The position numbers were made by a program, and so were the translations under genes. Of a DNA stretch of 64,000 nucleotides, positions 11,329 through 25,095 are shown piece after piece. The notes below the pieces were generated by a model. It saw nothing but the letters and a program-made list of their open reading frames with translations, searched no databases and had not been told where the DNA came from. The DNA comes from Octopus vulgaris (Eukaryota). The stretch's first letter is position 1, and every line of letters starts with the position of its first letter. The stretch covers positions 56,234,001 through 56,298,000 of the forward strand of contig OX597814.1 in NCBI GenBank assembly GCA_951406725.2, given 5' to 3'.

Positions 11329-12892
11329 TATATATATATATATTTATCTTTATGCAAAAACATGAAAACATCTATGCAGCATCAGAGAAATGTAGGTTAA
11401 AACGTAAAAGCAAATTCTGGATGTATTTGGAGTCCAGCAGAATTAAGATGAAGTAGGATTTAAGCCTAGAAATACTGCAGCTTAGTATTTTGGGAAGATT
11501 ATATCATTCATGACCAAACTGCTGATTGATTGCTAACAGACATCTAATGACATATTCTCTATACTGTCTGTAGAAACATTGATATGTATTGTTGAATACT
11601 AGAATGTTACTCATATTTTATTAAAGCTGTTGGCAAAGACAAAATTTGAAAGTTCATATAACCTACAGTTACTTAATAATTATCATTATCGTTGATTGTT
11701 GTTGGTTGGTCATTTCATCATGTTGACATTAGCTACAGTGTTTGGCTGGCTGCCTTGAATGGTGGATATCTTGGTCATGGTCTCATTATATAGTATTTGT
11801 ATTCCCTCTAGAAGGAAGAGAATGTTGCCAAGTTACTCATTGTCACTGTTGACATCACCACCATCACCACCACCTTTGTCATCATCACCGTTATCATATT
11901 TATATTGCTGCTCTATACCTGTGTTAGATAAACTTCACAACATGCAGTTTGTAGGCCACATGTGTTATAGGACCTCCCCCCCCCATAGGGAATTTTTTTT
12001 TTTCTTTTTACACTTTAATCTAAAGAAGGGTGGTATTACCCATAAAATTTGAAAACAAATGAACTGCTGTATGGAAAAAGTAAGAGCAAGTGCAGGCATG
12101 GCTGTTTTAAGAAGCTTGCTTCCCAACCACATGGTTTTGGGTTCAGTCCCACTGTGTGACACATAGGGAAAGTGTTGGAAACCCATCAGAAAGGCCATTC
12201 TTGTTCTCAGGTGTTAGGTTTAATTCATTGTTTGGTAAAACACCACCACCTACCTCATGGGTGCATTTAGCAAAGAGAAAGATAGTTTTCTCTGTTGCAA
12301 GAAGTTTGGGTTGCAAGTTTGTCCCTTTCTCTCATCTGTCCTGGAAGTGCTGAAAAATGTCATAGGAATTGCCTTTTCTGTTCTAAACCATTAAAGAAAA
12401 GTGTTTTTACATTCTTTGGATTGTGGCACTAGAAGTACCAAAATTGCAGGACCTTCTTGGATGGTAAGCCTAATGAAATTTTTAGTAATGCAGCCTACCT
12501 GATGGTGAACCATGTCTTATGCAGCTTGCTTCTCAAAAGAGCCTGATTTAACTATTCCACGTTCCCTTCATTTCAGAGAGCAATATAATTATTTTTCCAT
12601 CAAAGTTTATGTATATAACTCCAAATTTTAAAAATTTGACTCATGATAAATGAAGCCAAATAAAACAATAAGCTTTGGCATTAGCAACCAAGAGCTAATG
12701 GTTTGCATCTTATACTGTATCAATGGCAAAAATACAAACTCTCAATTACTCAATTTGCTTAACTGACAGTATGTACAATTGGAGGAGTATAACTCATTAC
12801 TATAATGCTACTGGAGCTCCATGAACTTAATTTATTACATTGGCATGAATTTGTTGTGGAAGATTATGGTTGATTAAATTGCCCTTAGTGCA

Positions 12893-13150
12893 ATGCATGG
12901 CCTAGTGGTTAGGGCATTGCACTCCCGATTGTGAGATCGTGGTTTCACTTCCCAAACTGGATGGTCCATTGTATTCCTAAGCAAAGCACTTCATCTTACA
13001 TTGCTGTGATCACTTCAACATCTAATGTATGGAACACCATTCACCTGCACAGCCAATGTCAATTTGATGGAGGGGGTGTGCTAATGTGCAGCACAAACAA
13101 GATTCAAGCTTACCCACATAGTTGCACCATGGTAGAAACTAATTGGGAGT
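12893..13150 (+). mobile_element. tRNA-derived SINE, family C (decayed)
   Basis: A-box TGGCCTAGTGG and B-box-like GGTTTCACTTCC head; related copy at ~31330-31468 on the - strand. Confidence 0.55.
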
Positions 13151-14064
13151 TCTCTTTAACTGATTCCATCATTGTGCCAAAACAGATTCAATAGTGCAAC
13201 ATAGATTAGGTTAGAAGTGTGTTTCAGGCAGTGGAAGAAAAAAACATTTACTAGAGCATAAAAGCATAACATCACCATATATTCAGTTTTCAACAAGATC
13301 TTGGAATGTTCTGACATAATGTCTATACACACACACACACACACGTGCGTGCGCGCGTACTCACATTGTACTCCTGCTTACTCATGGTTTGGCATTCGCG
13401 GTCCTAGTTATTCGTGGAATGAATAATTGTTCACGGAAACCACCTCAGATTCGCAGAATCGTAAATATTGTCTGCAATTTGTTATGACTTCTTTCATGAC
13501 AATATATATTTTTTCACACTTTTTAAAGCTCAATTATAAATAATAATGCACCATATTTGCCGGCTTATTGGAAGCCCCTTTGCAGCTGAAGCTCCCTCTG
13601 ATTAGAATAGCCATGCATCACATCGCTTGATTGTTTTAGATACAAGTACACTGTATCTTGTATCTCTTATTCCTGCTTTCAATCAAAGCTTGCTAATTAG
13701 TATCACAACATCTATATATATTTCACACACGCGCGCGCGCACACACACACACACACACTCTCTCTCTCCTCCCTCTCTCTCCCTCTCTCTCTCTTGCTAT
13801 ATTTGTCTCTCAACAACAGCCTCTCATTGTAGTGAAAGTATATGTATATATGTATGTATGTATGTGTGCACACACACACACTGTATCACACCAGTATTAC
13901 TTGGGTTAGCAGTGACAGATTAAAGATATATACAACATGAGACTGAACAGCAATTTTATACCAGTGCTTTTTTAAAATCATCACTACATTTCAGCATACA
14001 CATCATTTATTTCAACAGGATAATTTTTAAGGTTGTGAGCCAATATAGCCTCATTGAAATTAGG

Positions 14065-14108
<44 letters not shown>

Positions 14109-14326
14109 TTATCATTATAGTATAGATTACTGTATCTAAGTGGTAATACAAACTAAATTTTTCAAAGCCATGATTATTTTTAATCTCTGCTCAATCTCCC
14201 ATATGCACATATTAGACACAAGGAAGATTTTTTGGTACATTTTTGGGGGAAAAACTGCATCCAGTAGCTATCTCGAGTGTTTTGTTGAGTGTTGCATTTT
14301 TCGCAGCATGTTATTAAAGCCCTAAG

Positions 14327-15870
14327 ATGCTGCCCAAATGACCTACACCTTCTAAGGCTTCTGGCAGTGAACCTAAGTGCCAGAAAAAGGTTATAACACT
14401 TCATGAAAAGGTACATCTGCTGGATATGCTCTAGGAAGGTAAGAGTTATGCCCCAGTATGTCACTGTTATGATGTCAGCAAAAGCACCATATGTTACATA
14501 AAGAAGAACAAGGTAGTGATCAGGTCTACCGTAGCAGTAAGTTTCTGAGAAAGTGCCAAAAAGATAACGAAAGTGAGAAATAAGCACTTGGTCAGGATGG
14601 AATCTACCTTGGCATTATGGATCAGTAACTGCAAGAAGAAAAACATCCCCTTGAGTGGCAACATCATCTGTGAGAAAGCATGGAAATTATATCAGCAGTT
14701 CAACAGAGGAGACAGAGCAGAAAGCATTGAAGATGCGCAACCAAGAACATTAACAGCACCGGAGCCCCAAGATTTTCAAGCCAGCAAGAGGTGATTTGAC
14801 TGTTTCCAGAAATGGTTTAAAATAAAGTCTGTTTCCCTGCATGGAGAGACAGCATCATCCTCAAAGGATCAGGCAGGTCATTGAGGACAAGGGATACAAG
14901 CCCGAACAGGTTTTCAATATGGATGAGACTGGCTTGTTCTGGAAGAAGATGCCTTCCGGAACATACATCATGAAGGACGAAGCCAGAGCCCCAGGATTTA
15001 AGGCATAGAAGGACAGAGTGATGCTAATTATGTGTGGCAATGCTGCCGGCTTCATGATGAAGCCAGGATTTATCTACAAGTCCATGAACTCGAGGACCTT
15101 CAAAAATAGGAATAAAAACTTGCTGCCTGTCCTCTTGGTGCACAAACCCAAGGCCTGGATTACCAAAAGTCTAACTTTGAATTGGTTCCACCAATACTTC
15201 ATTACTCAAGCCAAGGAATACCTCCAAGACGTATGCATTGAATTCAAGGTGTTGCTTTTTATGGATAATGCTGATGGTCACTCTTTGGATTTGAATCATG
15301 AGGGAGTCCAAGTCAAGTTCCTCCCTGCTTACACCACTTCCCTTATCCAGCCTATAGATCAAGGCATGATCTGTGCCTTCAAAGTACTTTACACTTGGAA
15401 CTCTCTCCAACACCTTGTGGATGCAATGGATGCAGGCAAGAATTTCAAGTTAAAGGAGTACTGGCATAACTTCACAATCACAACATGCCTGTCAGTCATC
15501 CACGCTGCTCTTAAAGACATGAAAAAAGAAACCCTCATTGCATACTTGAAGAGTGTGTCCAGGACTATAGGGCTTGTCAGCTGAAGATATTCAGCACGAG
15601 GCTGTCAACAATGCGGTGAAACTGGAAAGGTACTTGGAGGCGAAGGTTTTGACAATATCACACAAGATGAGGTCAACAACCTTATTGATGCCCACTTTGA
15701 AACCCTGACAGAGGAAGATTTGTTGGAGTTAACTAAGTCCACTGGCGAAGAGGAGGAGGAAGTGCTAGATCTAGAGGATGAGGTGGGCCTGATAATCAAA
15801 CATCTGTCTGACCTTTTAAGGACAGCAAAGGACTTGCAAGGGAAGGCGGAAGCATGGGGTCCCTATATAG
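14327..15870 (+). pseudogene. pogo/Tigger (TIGD1-like) transposase relic
   Basis: MLPK*PTPSKASGSEPK...TLHEKV, CENP-B HTH (RMESTLALWI...ICEKA), VFNMDETGLFWKKMP, KVLLFMDNADGH, FLPAYTTSLIQPIDQG, acidic tail. Several stops and frameshifts. Possible left end near 13368. Confidence 0.92.
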
Positions 15871-16087
15871 AGATTGTTGGTGATAGAGAGTCAAAGTGAT
15901 CAATATAAAAGTTGAATTCTTTCCTGGAGCAAATTATATTTTTTATATTATCATTTACAACTGATATTGTCTTTGGGATGTAGATTTCAAAAATGAAATT
16001 CATTTTTCTCAAGGATGCACTGTCTCAGAGCCTATTTGGGTTAAACACACATACATACACTCACATTTATATAGAAGATATGTGTGT

Positions 16088-16132
<45 letters not shown>

Positions 16133-17334
16133 CATACATACATATACATACATACATATATGTGTGTATGTGCGTTTATTGTATGGTTGTGTCTCTTTGT
16201 TTTGATGCCATGTGATAGTTGTAAATGAGCATCACAGTCATATATGCAGTGTCATCCATTTCCAGTATTCTGTAGGAAGAAGTCTAGCTGTAGAAAATCT
16301 ACCTCACATAAACTCTGCCTGATCCATGCACATGTGGGAAAGTGGATGTTAAATGATGATGATATACACACACACACATAGGCTTCCTTACAGTTTCCAT
16401 CTATCATTTTCACTCGTGGGGCATTTGTTAGTCTGAAGATACAGTAGAAGACATTTGCATATGTTACCAAGTAGTAGAATCAAGCCCAAAATCACATGAT
16501 TGGAATGCAAAGTTCTCAACCACACAACACTGTCTGCAACTTGGTATACACACACACACATATGTGTGTGTGTGTTTGCTATTTATATCCATTTTCCCAT
16601 GATTGTCAGGTGTCTATGGAGCAGATTATATGTTGGGGCAGTTGTTTTTACAGCTGGATACCCTTTCTACTGATAGCAGTCAAGAAGGGATGGAACCTGG
16701 GAATGTATTTAGAAACATTTAGTTTTAAAGAAAATAAAACAAAGACACTGCTAAACTAATTACTTTGTTTACAGATAAGCTATAAGAGTTGTGTCTGATT
16801 CACCATATGTCCTTGAAAGACAACTGTTGTGTGATATAAACATTACAAGACTCCTATTTACAAAACTGAAAATGTTACATACAGATAAAATAGCAGGTAA
16901 ACCCAGGAGAATGACCTTCAAAGTTATTCTAAAAATCAACTGATATTCTTAGTACATGTCTTACCATTATATAAAAATAAACCTTTAAAAATGAATACTT
17001 TACCATGCACAATAGGAATAATAGTGCATTGCACGAGAGAATAATTGAGGAATGGAATATTCCCTTCTGATTAATTTAATATTTATCTTCCTTAATTAGT
17101 TGGCACCTATTTTACAGAAGCATGATTGAAAGCTATATGGTTTACAATAACTTGTCAGGTAAAGAACTGGATGACTTTATTTGTTAGAGAATTATGTTCT
17201 AAAGAACATTTACACTTTTTGTTATATTCTTCAAAGTTATGATAAAACAACAAATATGCTAACATTAGTTGGAGACCAGATTCTGTGAAGAAATTCCTAT
17301 TGGAAAATGTTCAAGAAAAAGCTGTCAACAACTT

Positions 17335-17686
17335 GATGTGGTAAAGTGTTTACTTCCCAAAACATAGTCCCAGGTACACTGCATAGTAGCTTGGGCAAGT
17401 GTCTTCTATTATAGTTTTGAGCCGACCAAAGACTTGTGAGTAGATTTGGTTGATGGAAACTGAAAGAAGTCTGTCAAGTGTTTGTGTTTGTGTTTGTTTG
17501 TGTCTGTGTCACCTCACCACTTGACAGCCACTGTTGATGTGTTTATGTCTCTAACTTAGCAGTTCAGCAAAAGGCCCTGATAGAATAAGTACCAAGCTTT
17601 GCAAAAAATAATTACTGGGGTTGATTCATTTGATTAAAAATTCTTGAAGGCAGTCTAATGATTTAAACAAGTAAAAGGTAAAAGGT
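17335..17686 (+). mobile_element. tRNA-derived SINE family A copy
   Basis: Head...TTGGGCAAGTGTCTTC, central (TG)n, tail ...AAACAAGTAAAAG; matches the other family A copies. Confidence 0.85.
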
Positions 17687-19159
17687 ATCTGTCACATGAG
17701 AATAGATTTAAATAATTTGATTTGTTTTTCAATCTTCCACAATTGGAGGTAGGAAATATGCATGCATTCGTTCATTTTTCATCAAATTTTTTCTGTGCTA
17801 GCATGGGTTAGATGAATAGATTATTGCAGCAATGCCTACAATTTGACACTCTTCTTGTCACTAAACACTTTTTGTTTTTCAAATGAAGGGCCTTCACTTG
17901 AAAAACAAGTACAGGTTAGTGACAGTGCTTTATCATTTTGATATTTTGGTGTACAAATCATCCACTGGTTTCACAACTAATATCAACAATACTGTTCATA
18001 GTGAGTAACTTTCATAGTATGTAAATATAAACAAACCCACACATACACGTGCATACTTATACATGTATATATTTCAGTTTCAGTCACCAAATTTATTCAC
18101 AAGGCTTTGGGTGACTTCTGTCTGTAGTAGAAGACACTTGGACTAAGATGGCAAACATTGAGATTGAACCGCAAACCACTTGGTTGGAAAGCTTACTTCC
18201 TGACTATACAGCTATTCCTGTATATAACAATATTTAATACCACTACCTAATTGATGGATGCTAGTCTGTTGCTAGCCTCTAAGCCAAGTGTACAATCCTT
18301 CTTTCTCCTACAAGTCTAAAAGCAGAGGCTCTGAAATAGGTGCTTAAAATAAATTTAAAATGAAAGAACCAATCAATTTCGAAAGGAAGGGTGTAGAGTT
18401 GAAGGCAACCAACCAATTGACTAGATAAATATTGGTATTTCAAACAACCTTTTAATATTCTGAAATGGCACATTACACTTATGTAGACATTTACAGGCTC
18501 TGCTTATCAGCCATAAATGTGAGGAAAAAAAAAACCCTACCAAGTAAACTAAGAAATACAAAATTTTCAATGTAAGTTTGCCAAAATTGCTGTTAAAATG
18601 ACCAGTTATGAGTATATTATCTTTGTGTTATTGTTATGTTGCACTATTCAGCTCTCAGCTGATCTATAGCATTGATTTAGCTAAGAGTTTGTTTAGGGAG
18701 ATCAGACTGGTGCATTCAAAAGTCAAGTAACTAGAAAGATGCTTTTCCATTGGCTTGTTTTCTTTCTCTTTTCCCTTCAGCTTCTTCTCTCTCTCTCTCT
18801 GTTTTGTTTTTGTTGTTAATGTTTTATAAATGTCATCGGCATTTATCTTCATAATGTCATCTTGCTCAAATTGAATGTAATAGTAATAGCAGCAACATAA
18901 GTACCAGCAGTAGTAGCAGTAAGCTCTCTTTGATTTTAACTTGCTTATGAGTTATCACCTGATTTTTCTAGTTATACTTTCCCTATCTATATTGTGAGAG
19001 TTTTGCCTTAAGATTTACAATATCTAGTAGACAGTTCACACTTTAGACAAAGCTAAGAGTTTATTGACATTGTTTTGGCTGTTATGTTAATTAGGTTTAG
19101 TGATAACATAGAGATGCTTTTACTGGTTTCGTACTTTGTCAGTGGTATTTCAAGTCATC

Positions 19160-19740
19160 TTTTCCACACTCCTCTATGGCTGTGAGACATGGGTGTTGTA
19201 TTGATGAGACTTGAAAAAAAAATCAAACAGTTCTGGCTGCACAAACTTCACTCAATCATGAGGATTCTATGGAAGGACTACACTACCAGTGTAGTGGAGT
19301 GCCCAGCATTGAAACTACTGTCTTCAGTGGTCAGAACACGTCAAACATATTCCTCAAATACACCTTCTCCCCATCAAGTCCTCTTTGCAGAGTTGGGCTC
19401 AAGCACTAGACTACACAGAGCCCCCAAACTCTATTACCAAGACCAGCTCAAGGCCACTTTCCTCCACTGCTCCATTGATCCAAATAGCTGGGAGACAATT
19501 GTCAAAGATCACCCAAAGTGGCAGCATGTCATCATCCAGTGAACAGACGTCAAGTGGCAGAGGTCAGATATCAAAGATACAAAGAGCAACTAGCACTTCC
19601 TTGTCCCCCACCAACTCCACCCCTGCAATAAATGCCCCTGACTCTTTTATACTACCCATTGCTTGAACAGGCACTAGTACCCCTTGCACCCATCAAGATG
19701 AAGAGGCTCAATCACTGGCAACGGACCTACTACTCAGATA
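19160..19740 (+). mobile_element. Decayed RTE-BovB-like LINE C-terminal fragment
   Basis: TLLYGCETWVLY, LHSIMRILWKD, PHQVLFAEL, PKLYYQDQLKA...SWE...W; typical RTE ORF2 C-terminus. Confidence 0.75.
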
Positions 19741-21040
19741 CAAGTTAACATCAAGGATGACCTCCTCAGTCCTCTTTATTATGGTACCTGTAAATAAATG
19801 GAAAATTTATTACTCTGAGTATATTCCCAGATTCAAATTGGCTTTGATGGTGAGTTAGATGAATCTTTGGAGCATTGGGTGAAATGCCTAGCAATAGCTA
19901 TTCTCAGTTCTACCATTCTGTTTAAATTCCGCTGAGAGTAGTTTTGCTTTTCATCCTTTTCAGGATCCACCAGTCTACTGCCTTGGGTGGAATCATTAGT
20001 ATGGCAGATGAGATACCTTATGGTATTTTTTCCACCCTTTTTGCTTTGAGTTCAAACTTATACCATATCCTACTTAATCTATCACTCAGTTTAACACCAC
20101 TTCCTGATTCTTATCACAAAAATTCAGGCTAGATCATAGGTGTGAGGATGTCTCCCCTCCTTACCACAAGTCTTGACAATCCTGTAAAGTGTCAAGGTTA
20201 TTATCTTTCTTTCTAACTCAGTTTTTAGAGAAAAGAAATCTAATTTCATCATCATCTTTTAATTTATATCTTGTAACTGTTTACTTCATATCATAAATAA
20301 TTTGTATGAAAAGCCTCTTGTTGATGACTGACTGAATTCCATGATGTTTTTACTTGTGATGTAACTTTTTCTGTTTATATATTTAAATTTTTTCTTTCTT
20401 TAGTAGTTCAATCACCTCTTTCAGAACTTTTGAGACTAGACTAATAGGAAGAAAATAGAAAGTTACTCTCAGATTGCAAACTTGTTCCAAAGGCTTGCAA
20501 CAGAGTAGTTTCTGCTAAAGGCATCCATCAACCATGTGGTGATGTAAATTACTACATTTTATATGGGCAAGGCTGTGAGGTTAAGAAATCAGCTTTCCAG
20601 CTACATGGTTTTTTGGGTTCAGTCTGTGTAGCACCTTAGACAAGTGTCATTTAAAGAGTTGTGGTTGACAGAAACTGAAAGAAGCCTGTCATATAAGTAT
20701 GTATATATATATATATATTGGATCATCCTATAAATGATGCAGTTTTTTTATACTTCTTTTATTTTTCAAAAATACTCACAAAATTATTTTTAAAAAACCC
20801 CACTAAGGTGAAGTGAAATTTTCATCACACACTATATTCAACAGTGTTTCAACATCTTCATGTAATGTTGTTGTTTTTTTCTGAAATGTTCTTCCTCTAA
20901 GAAATAATTCAGTCACATTATTAAAATATTCAACAAAACAGAGCACATCTACTTGGTTATTTATAAATCAACTTTTGGAGTAGGCACATGAAAAAGAGAA
21001 TGAGTATCTTCTGAAAGATAGATAATACAAGCAAATAAAG

Positions 21041-21108
<68 letters not shown>
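21041..21108. repeat. (TA)n microsatellite
   Basis: Directly visible. Confidence 0.95.
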
Positions 21109-21111
<3 letters not shown>

Positions 21112-21490
21112 AGAAGGAATCTGGAAATCCAGATAGTTATGCAGTAATCTGTGAACATTGCTTATCCAAATGTGTAGGTGAAAGAGGGAAACTTTCTCCA
21201 GTAGAAATAGTAATTTCGCTCAAACTGTTTTCATTTGATTACAGGTGTTAAGACTAAATGACTGTGAGTTAGTCATTATTTAGTATATATTTATAATCAA
21301 TATGATAGTATCATCACTCTCTTCCATGTCTTCAAGTATGTTTTCAAGTATGTCTTCAAGTTATATACATTGTCACCCAAACATTAGTGAAACAATTGAA
21401 AACCATGGAATAAATATAATACTAACAAATTCACCCTTCATTAGTTATATCTATAAATAGATATCATCATGGCATAAATATGTACATATA

Positions 21491-21558
<68 letters not shown>

Positions 21559-22050
21559 CAGACACACACACAAACAGCTATACAATTAATTGATTTTGTT
21601 TTGAATATCACTTGAAAATGATATTCGTTTTTCAATATCTCTTCAAAGCTGAGAAAATTTGTTCTTATACTGACAAACTAACAGACATGGAAAACAGAAA
21701 AATTTCTTCAGAATGGGTTTCTCATCATTCACTCAAACTATTCATAATACTTTCAATCAAAATAATGATTCCATGCTGCCTACTTTGGTTTTGATTTTCA
21801 GCTTAAGCTCTAGTTTCTCTTTTCCAAGAATGATAATATTCTTCTTATCTATTTCAAAGTTGGGAAAAGTAGAGAGAATATGGAACTAATTGACTGTTTT
21901 GCTATCCTGGGGGCAATTGAAAGCATGAGAAATTCTCCTTGGTTATAATCTTTTTAAAGGAATCAATGCTTATGCTAATAGATAATTTAGGTGCTAGCTT
22001 ACTTTTTTACGTAACCTTTTTTAAATAACTTTAAATATCTAAAATTAAAT

Positions 22051-22578
22051 ACTCTTTTACTCTTTTACTTGTTTCAGTCATTTGACTGCGGCCATGCTGG
22101 TGCACCGCCTTTAGTCTACCAAATCGACCCCGGGACTTATTCTTTGTAAGCCCAGTACTTATTCTATCGGTCTCTTTTGCCGAACCGCTAAGTGACGGGG
22201 ATGTAAACACACCAGCATCGGTTGTCAAGCAATGCTAGGGGGACAAACACAGACACAAAACATATACACACACACTTATATATATATATACATATATATA
22301 CGACAGGCTAAGTGACGAAGACGTAAACACACCAGCATCGGTTGTCATGCAATGCTAGGGAGACAGACACACAAACATATACACACACACTTATATATAT
22401 ATATACATATATATACGACAGGCTTCTTTCAGTTTCCATCTACCAAATCCACTCACAAGGCATTGGTCGGCCCGGGGCTATAGCAGAAGACACTTGCCCA
22501 AGATGCCACGCAGTGGGACTGAACCCGGAACCATGTGGTTGGTTAGCAAGCTACTTACCACACAGCCTCTCCTGCGCC
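22051..22578 (-). mobile_element. Young tRNA-derived SINE family A copy with internal tandem duplication
   Basis: Revcomp head GGCTGTGTGGTAAG...CCGGGTTCAGTCCCACTG (A/B boxes), central microsatellite, tail GGCGGTGCACCAGCATGGCCGCAGTCAAATGACTGAAAC(AAGTAAAAGAG)n. CpGs retained. Confidence 0.9.
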
Positions 22579-22627
22579 TATGTTAAAGTATTAGCATGAA
22601 CAAATGGACGAAAACTTTACTTTTTAA

Positions 22628-22710
<83 letters not shown>

Positions 22711-22855
22711 ATCTATCTATCTATCTATCTATCTCTGCTGGTTTCTTCTTTTTGCTTTATGTGGGAAATAGTCAAGAAAACTCTGGGGTCACTTGACTGA
22801 ATTCAGGTTTTAAGAAGGGATAAAAAATTCTCCATTGGTTAAATCTTTTTAGAAA

Positions 22856-23178
22856 GCAAGTGTGGATATGTGGTAAGAAGTTTGATTTCCAACCACATGG
22901 TTCCAGGTCTAGTCTTCTACTATAGCCTTGGGCCAACTAAAACCTTGTAGGTGGACTTAATAGGGTTGTATATGTGTGTGTGTGTGTGTGTGTCTTTGTG
23001 TCTGTGTTTGTCCTTCACCAACACTTGACAACCAGTGTTGGTGTGTTTAAGTTCCTGTAACTTAGCAGTTTGGCACAAGAGCCCAAAAGAATAAGCACCT
23101 GGCTTTAAAATATTTAAGGTGGTGCCCCAGCTTGGCCACAGTCTACTGATTGAAACAAGTCAAAGATAAAAGATAAAA
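22856..23178 (+). mobile_element. tRNA-derived SINE family A copy
   Basis: Same head, body and tail as 22051-22578, opposite orientation. Confidence 0.85.
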
Positions 23179-23742
23179 TGTGTATTCTTCGATGCCAAAT
23201 AATCATACAAGATATATCAGAAAGCAATAAAACAAACTCGTAAATTGACTAAATATGCTTTTCATGTCTAAATCTGTCTCACTGTGAGGAAAATCTCAGG
23301 AAGTTCTCTGAATAGGCAAGATTTTGATCTCTGCTGCACAGGACAGTAAAAACATCAGCACTTCAAGAGCAAAAAATGTTGACAACATGGCTGGAAGGCA
23401 AGCAGTAAAATATCTGCTTTCTTTGTTTTTCTCTTTCTTGACCACTCACCCATTTTTTTTTGTTTTCTTTTTTGAAAATAATAAAATACAAAGAAAATAA
23501 CATCACCACTCTTATTATGATTGAAAGCAAGCAGTAAAAATTTTGCTTTCTCTTCTCTAGGTTTCTTTTGACAGCTTTATACTAAGAAATGAAAGAATGT
23601 GAAATAAAAGTAAATATGAATCTAGCGGAAATTATCAATAATCTATTATGATATATTGCACAAAAATTATTTATTGGGGAAAAATAGTAAGGCACGTAGT
23701 ACATGTATTGCATACATAGACCCTTCATCCCTGATATATATA

Positions 23743-23778
<36 letters not shown>

Positions 23779-23832
23779 CACAGTGCAATGCCAGTAATTT
23801 CAGGGGAGAGGGTAAGTATATATATATATACA

Positions 23833-24201
23833 CAGGCGTGGCTCTGTGGTAAAAAGTTTGCTTCCTAACCACATGGTTCCAGGTTCAGTCCCACTGCTTA
23901 GCACCTTGAACAAGTGTTTTCTACTATAGCCTCAGGCTGACCAAAGCCTTGTGAGTGGATTTAGTAAATGGAAACTGTAAGAAGACAATTGTGTGTGTGT
24001 ATGCATGTGTGTGTGTCGATGTTTGTCTCCACCACTGCTTGACAATTGGCATTGGTATTTTTATGTCCCCATAACTAAGATAGAATAAGTACCCGGCTTT
24101 AAAAAAAATATGCTGAGGTTTATTCATTCAGCTAAAATTCTTCAATGTGGTACCCCAGCATGGCCACAGTCGGATGACAGAAACAAGTAAAAGATAAAAG
24201 A
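23833..24201 (+). mobile_element. tRNA-derived SINE family A copy
   Basis: CAGGCGTGGCTCTGTGGT...GGTTCAGTCCCACTG head through GAAACAAGTAAAAGATAAAAG tail. Confidence 0.88.
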
Positions 24202-24958
24202 TTTATGAAAAAGTGCAAGTGAAGAATGGAGATTATTGTTGGTATTTAATTCATTGTGTGTGCGTGTGTGTGAATAGACACACACACACATACATACATG
24301 TGTATATATTTTGTGTCTTCTTAGTGTGTTTCATTGCACTCTTCACAAATGAAACTGTTTGTGCTTGTCAAAACCTGTCATATTTCCACTTTATATATAT
24401 CCATCACAGTTCCTGCATATGTGCATAAATGGGTGTGTCTGTATATACATAAATACACACACATACACACTAACATTGAAATATGCATGTAACATGCACT
24501 CATAAATGCATACATATACATGTAAACAATGTTTTAGCATTTGAACTACCCTGGAATATCTTCAATTTACGCTATTCAAATCTCCAGCTACTGTAATAAA
24601 TAATAAAACATTGAAGCATTTTAACATTTTCATATCAGAAATCTACATTTGAACTATATAGATAAAATAACCTTCAATCCAAACCATAATGGGCAGCTGT
24701 GGATATATCAAACTAGAAGAGAATATTTAAAGTACTATCCTCATATTAAGTCTTCCCTGTTTTAAAAAAATTAACCAAAGATTTGCATTATTTAGTATTT
24801 TGATATTGGTAATAAGTTATATAAAAGTTTCAGATGGATGTATGATACAAATATGTGGTTTATGATTCAATATTGTAAATATATAATAGTAAATAGATTT
24901 CCAAAGCAAAGAAATGTAATTCAAACAAATTGCCAAATGTATTTTCAAAAAGTAAGTA

Positions 24959-25041
24959 TTTATTATTATTGTTGTTATTGCTGCTGCTGCTGCCGCTGCT
25001 GCTGCTGCTGCCGCTGCTGCTGCTGCTGCTACTACTACTAC
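24959..25041. repeat. Compound trinucleotide repeat (TAT)n-(TGC)n-(TAC)n
   Basis: Directly visible; intronic. Confidence 0.92.
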
Positions 25042-25095
25042 TTCAGAGAAAATGTGTTTCTTTGGTTTCATATATCATTCCACTGAAGGTAGAAA

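Noticed and set aside
20716-21000. Possible mariner-type terminus TATTGGATCATCCTATAAATGATGC
   Set aside because: No matching second TIR or clear transposase motif seen.
22500-22578. tRNA-like A/B boxes
   Set aside because: SINE heads; no full cloverleaf or terminator, so not called as tRNA genes.
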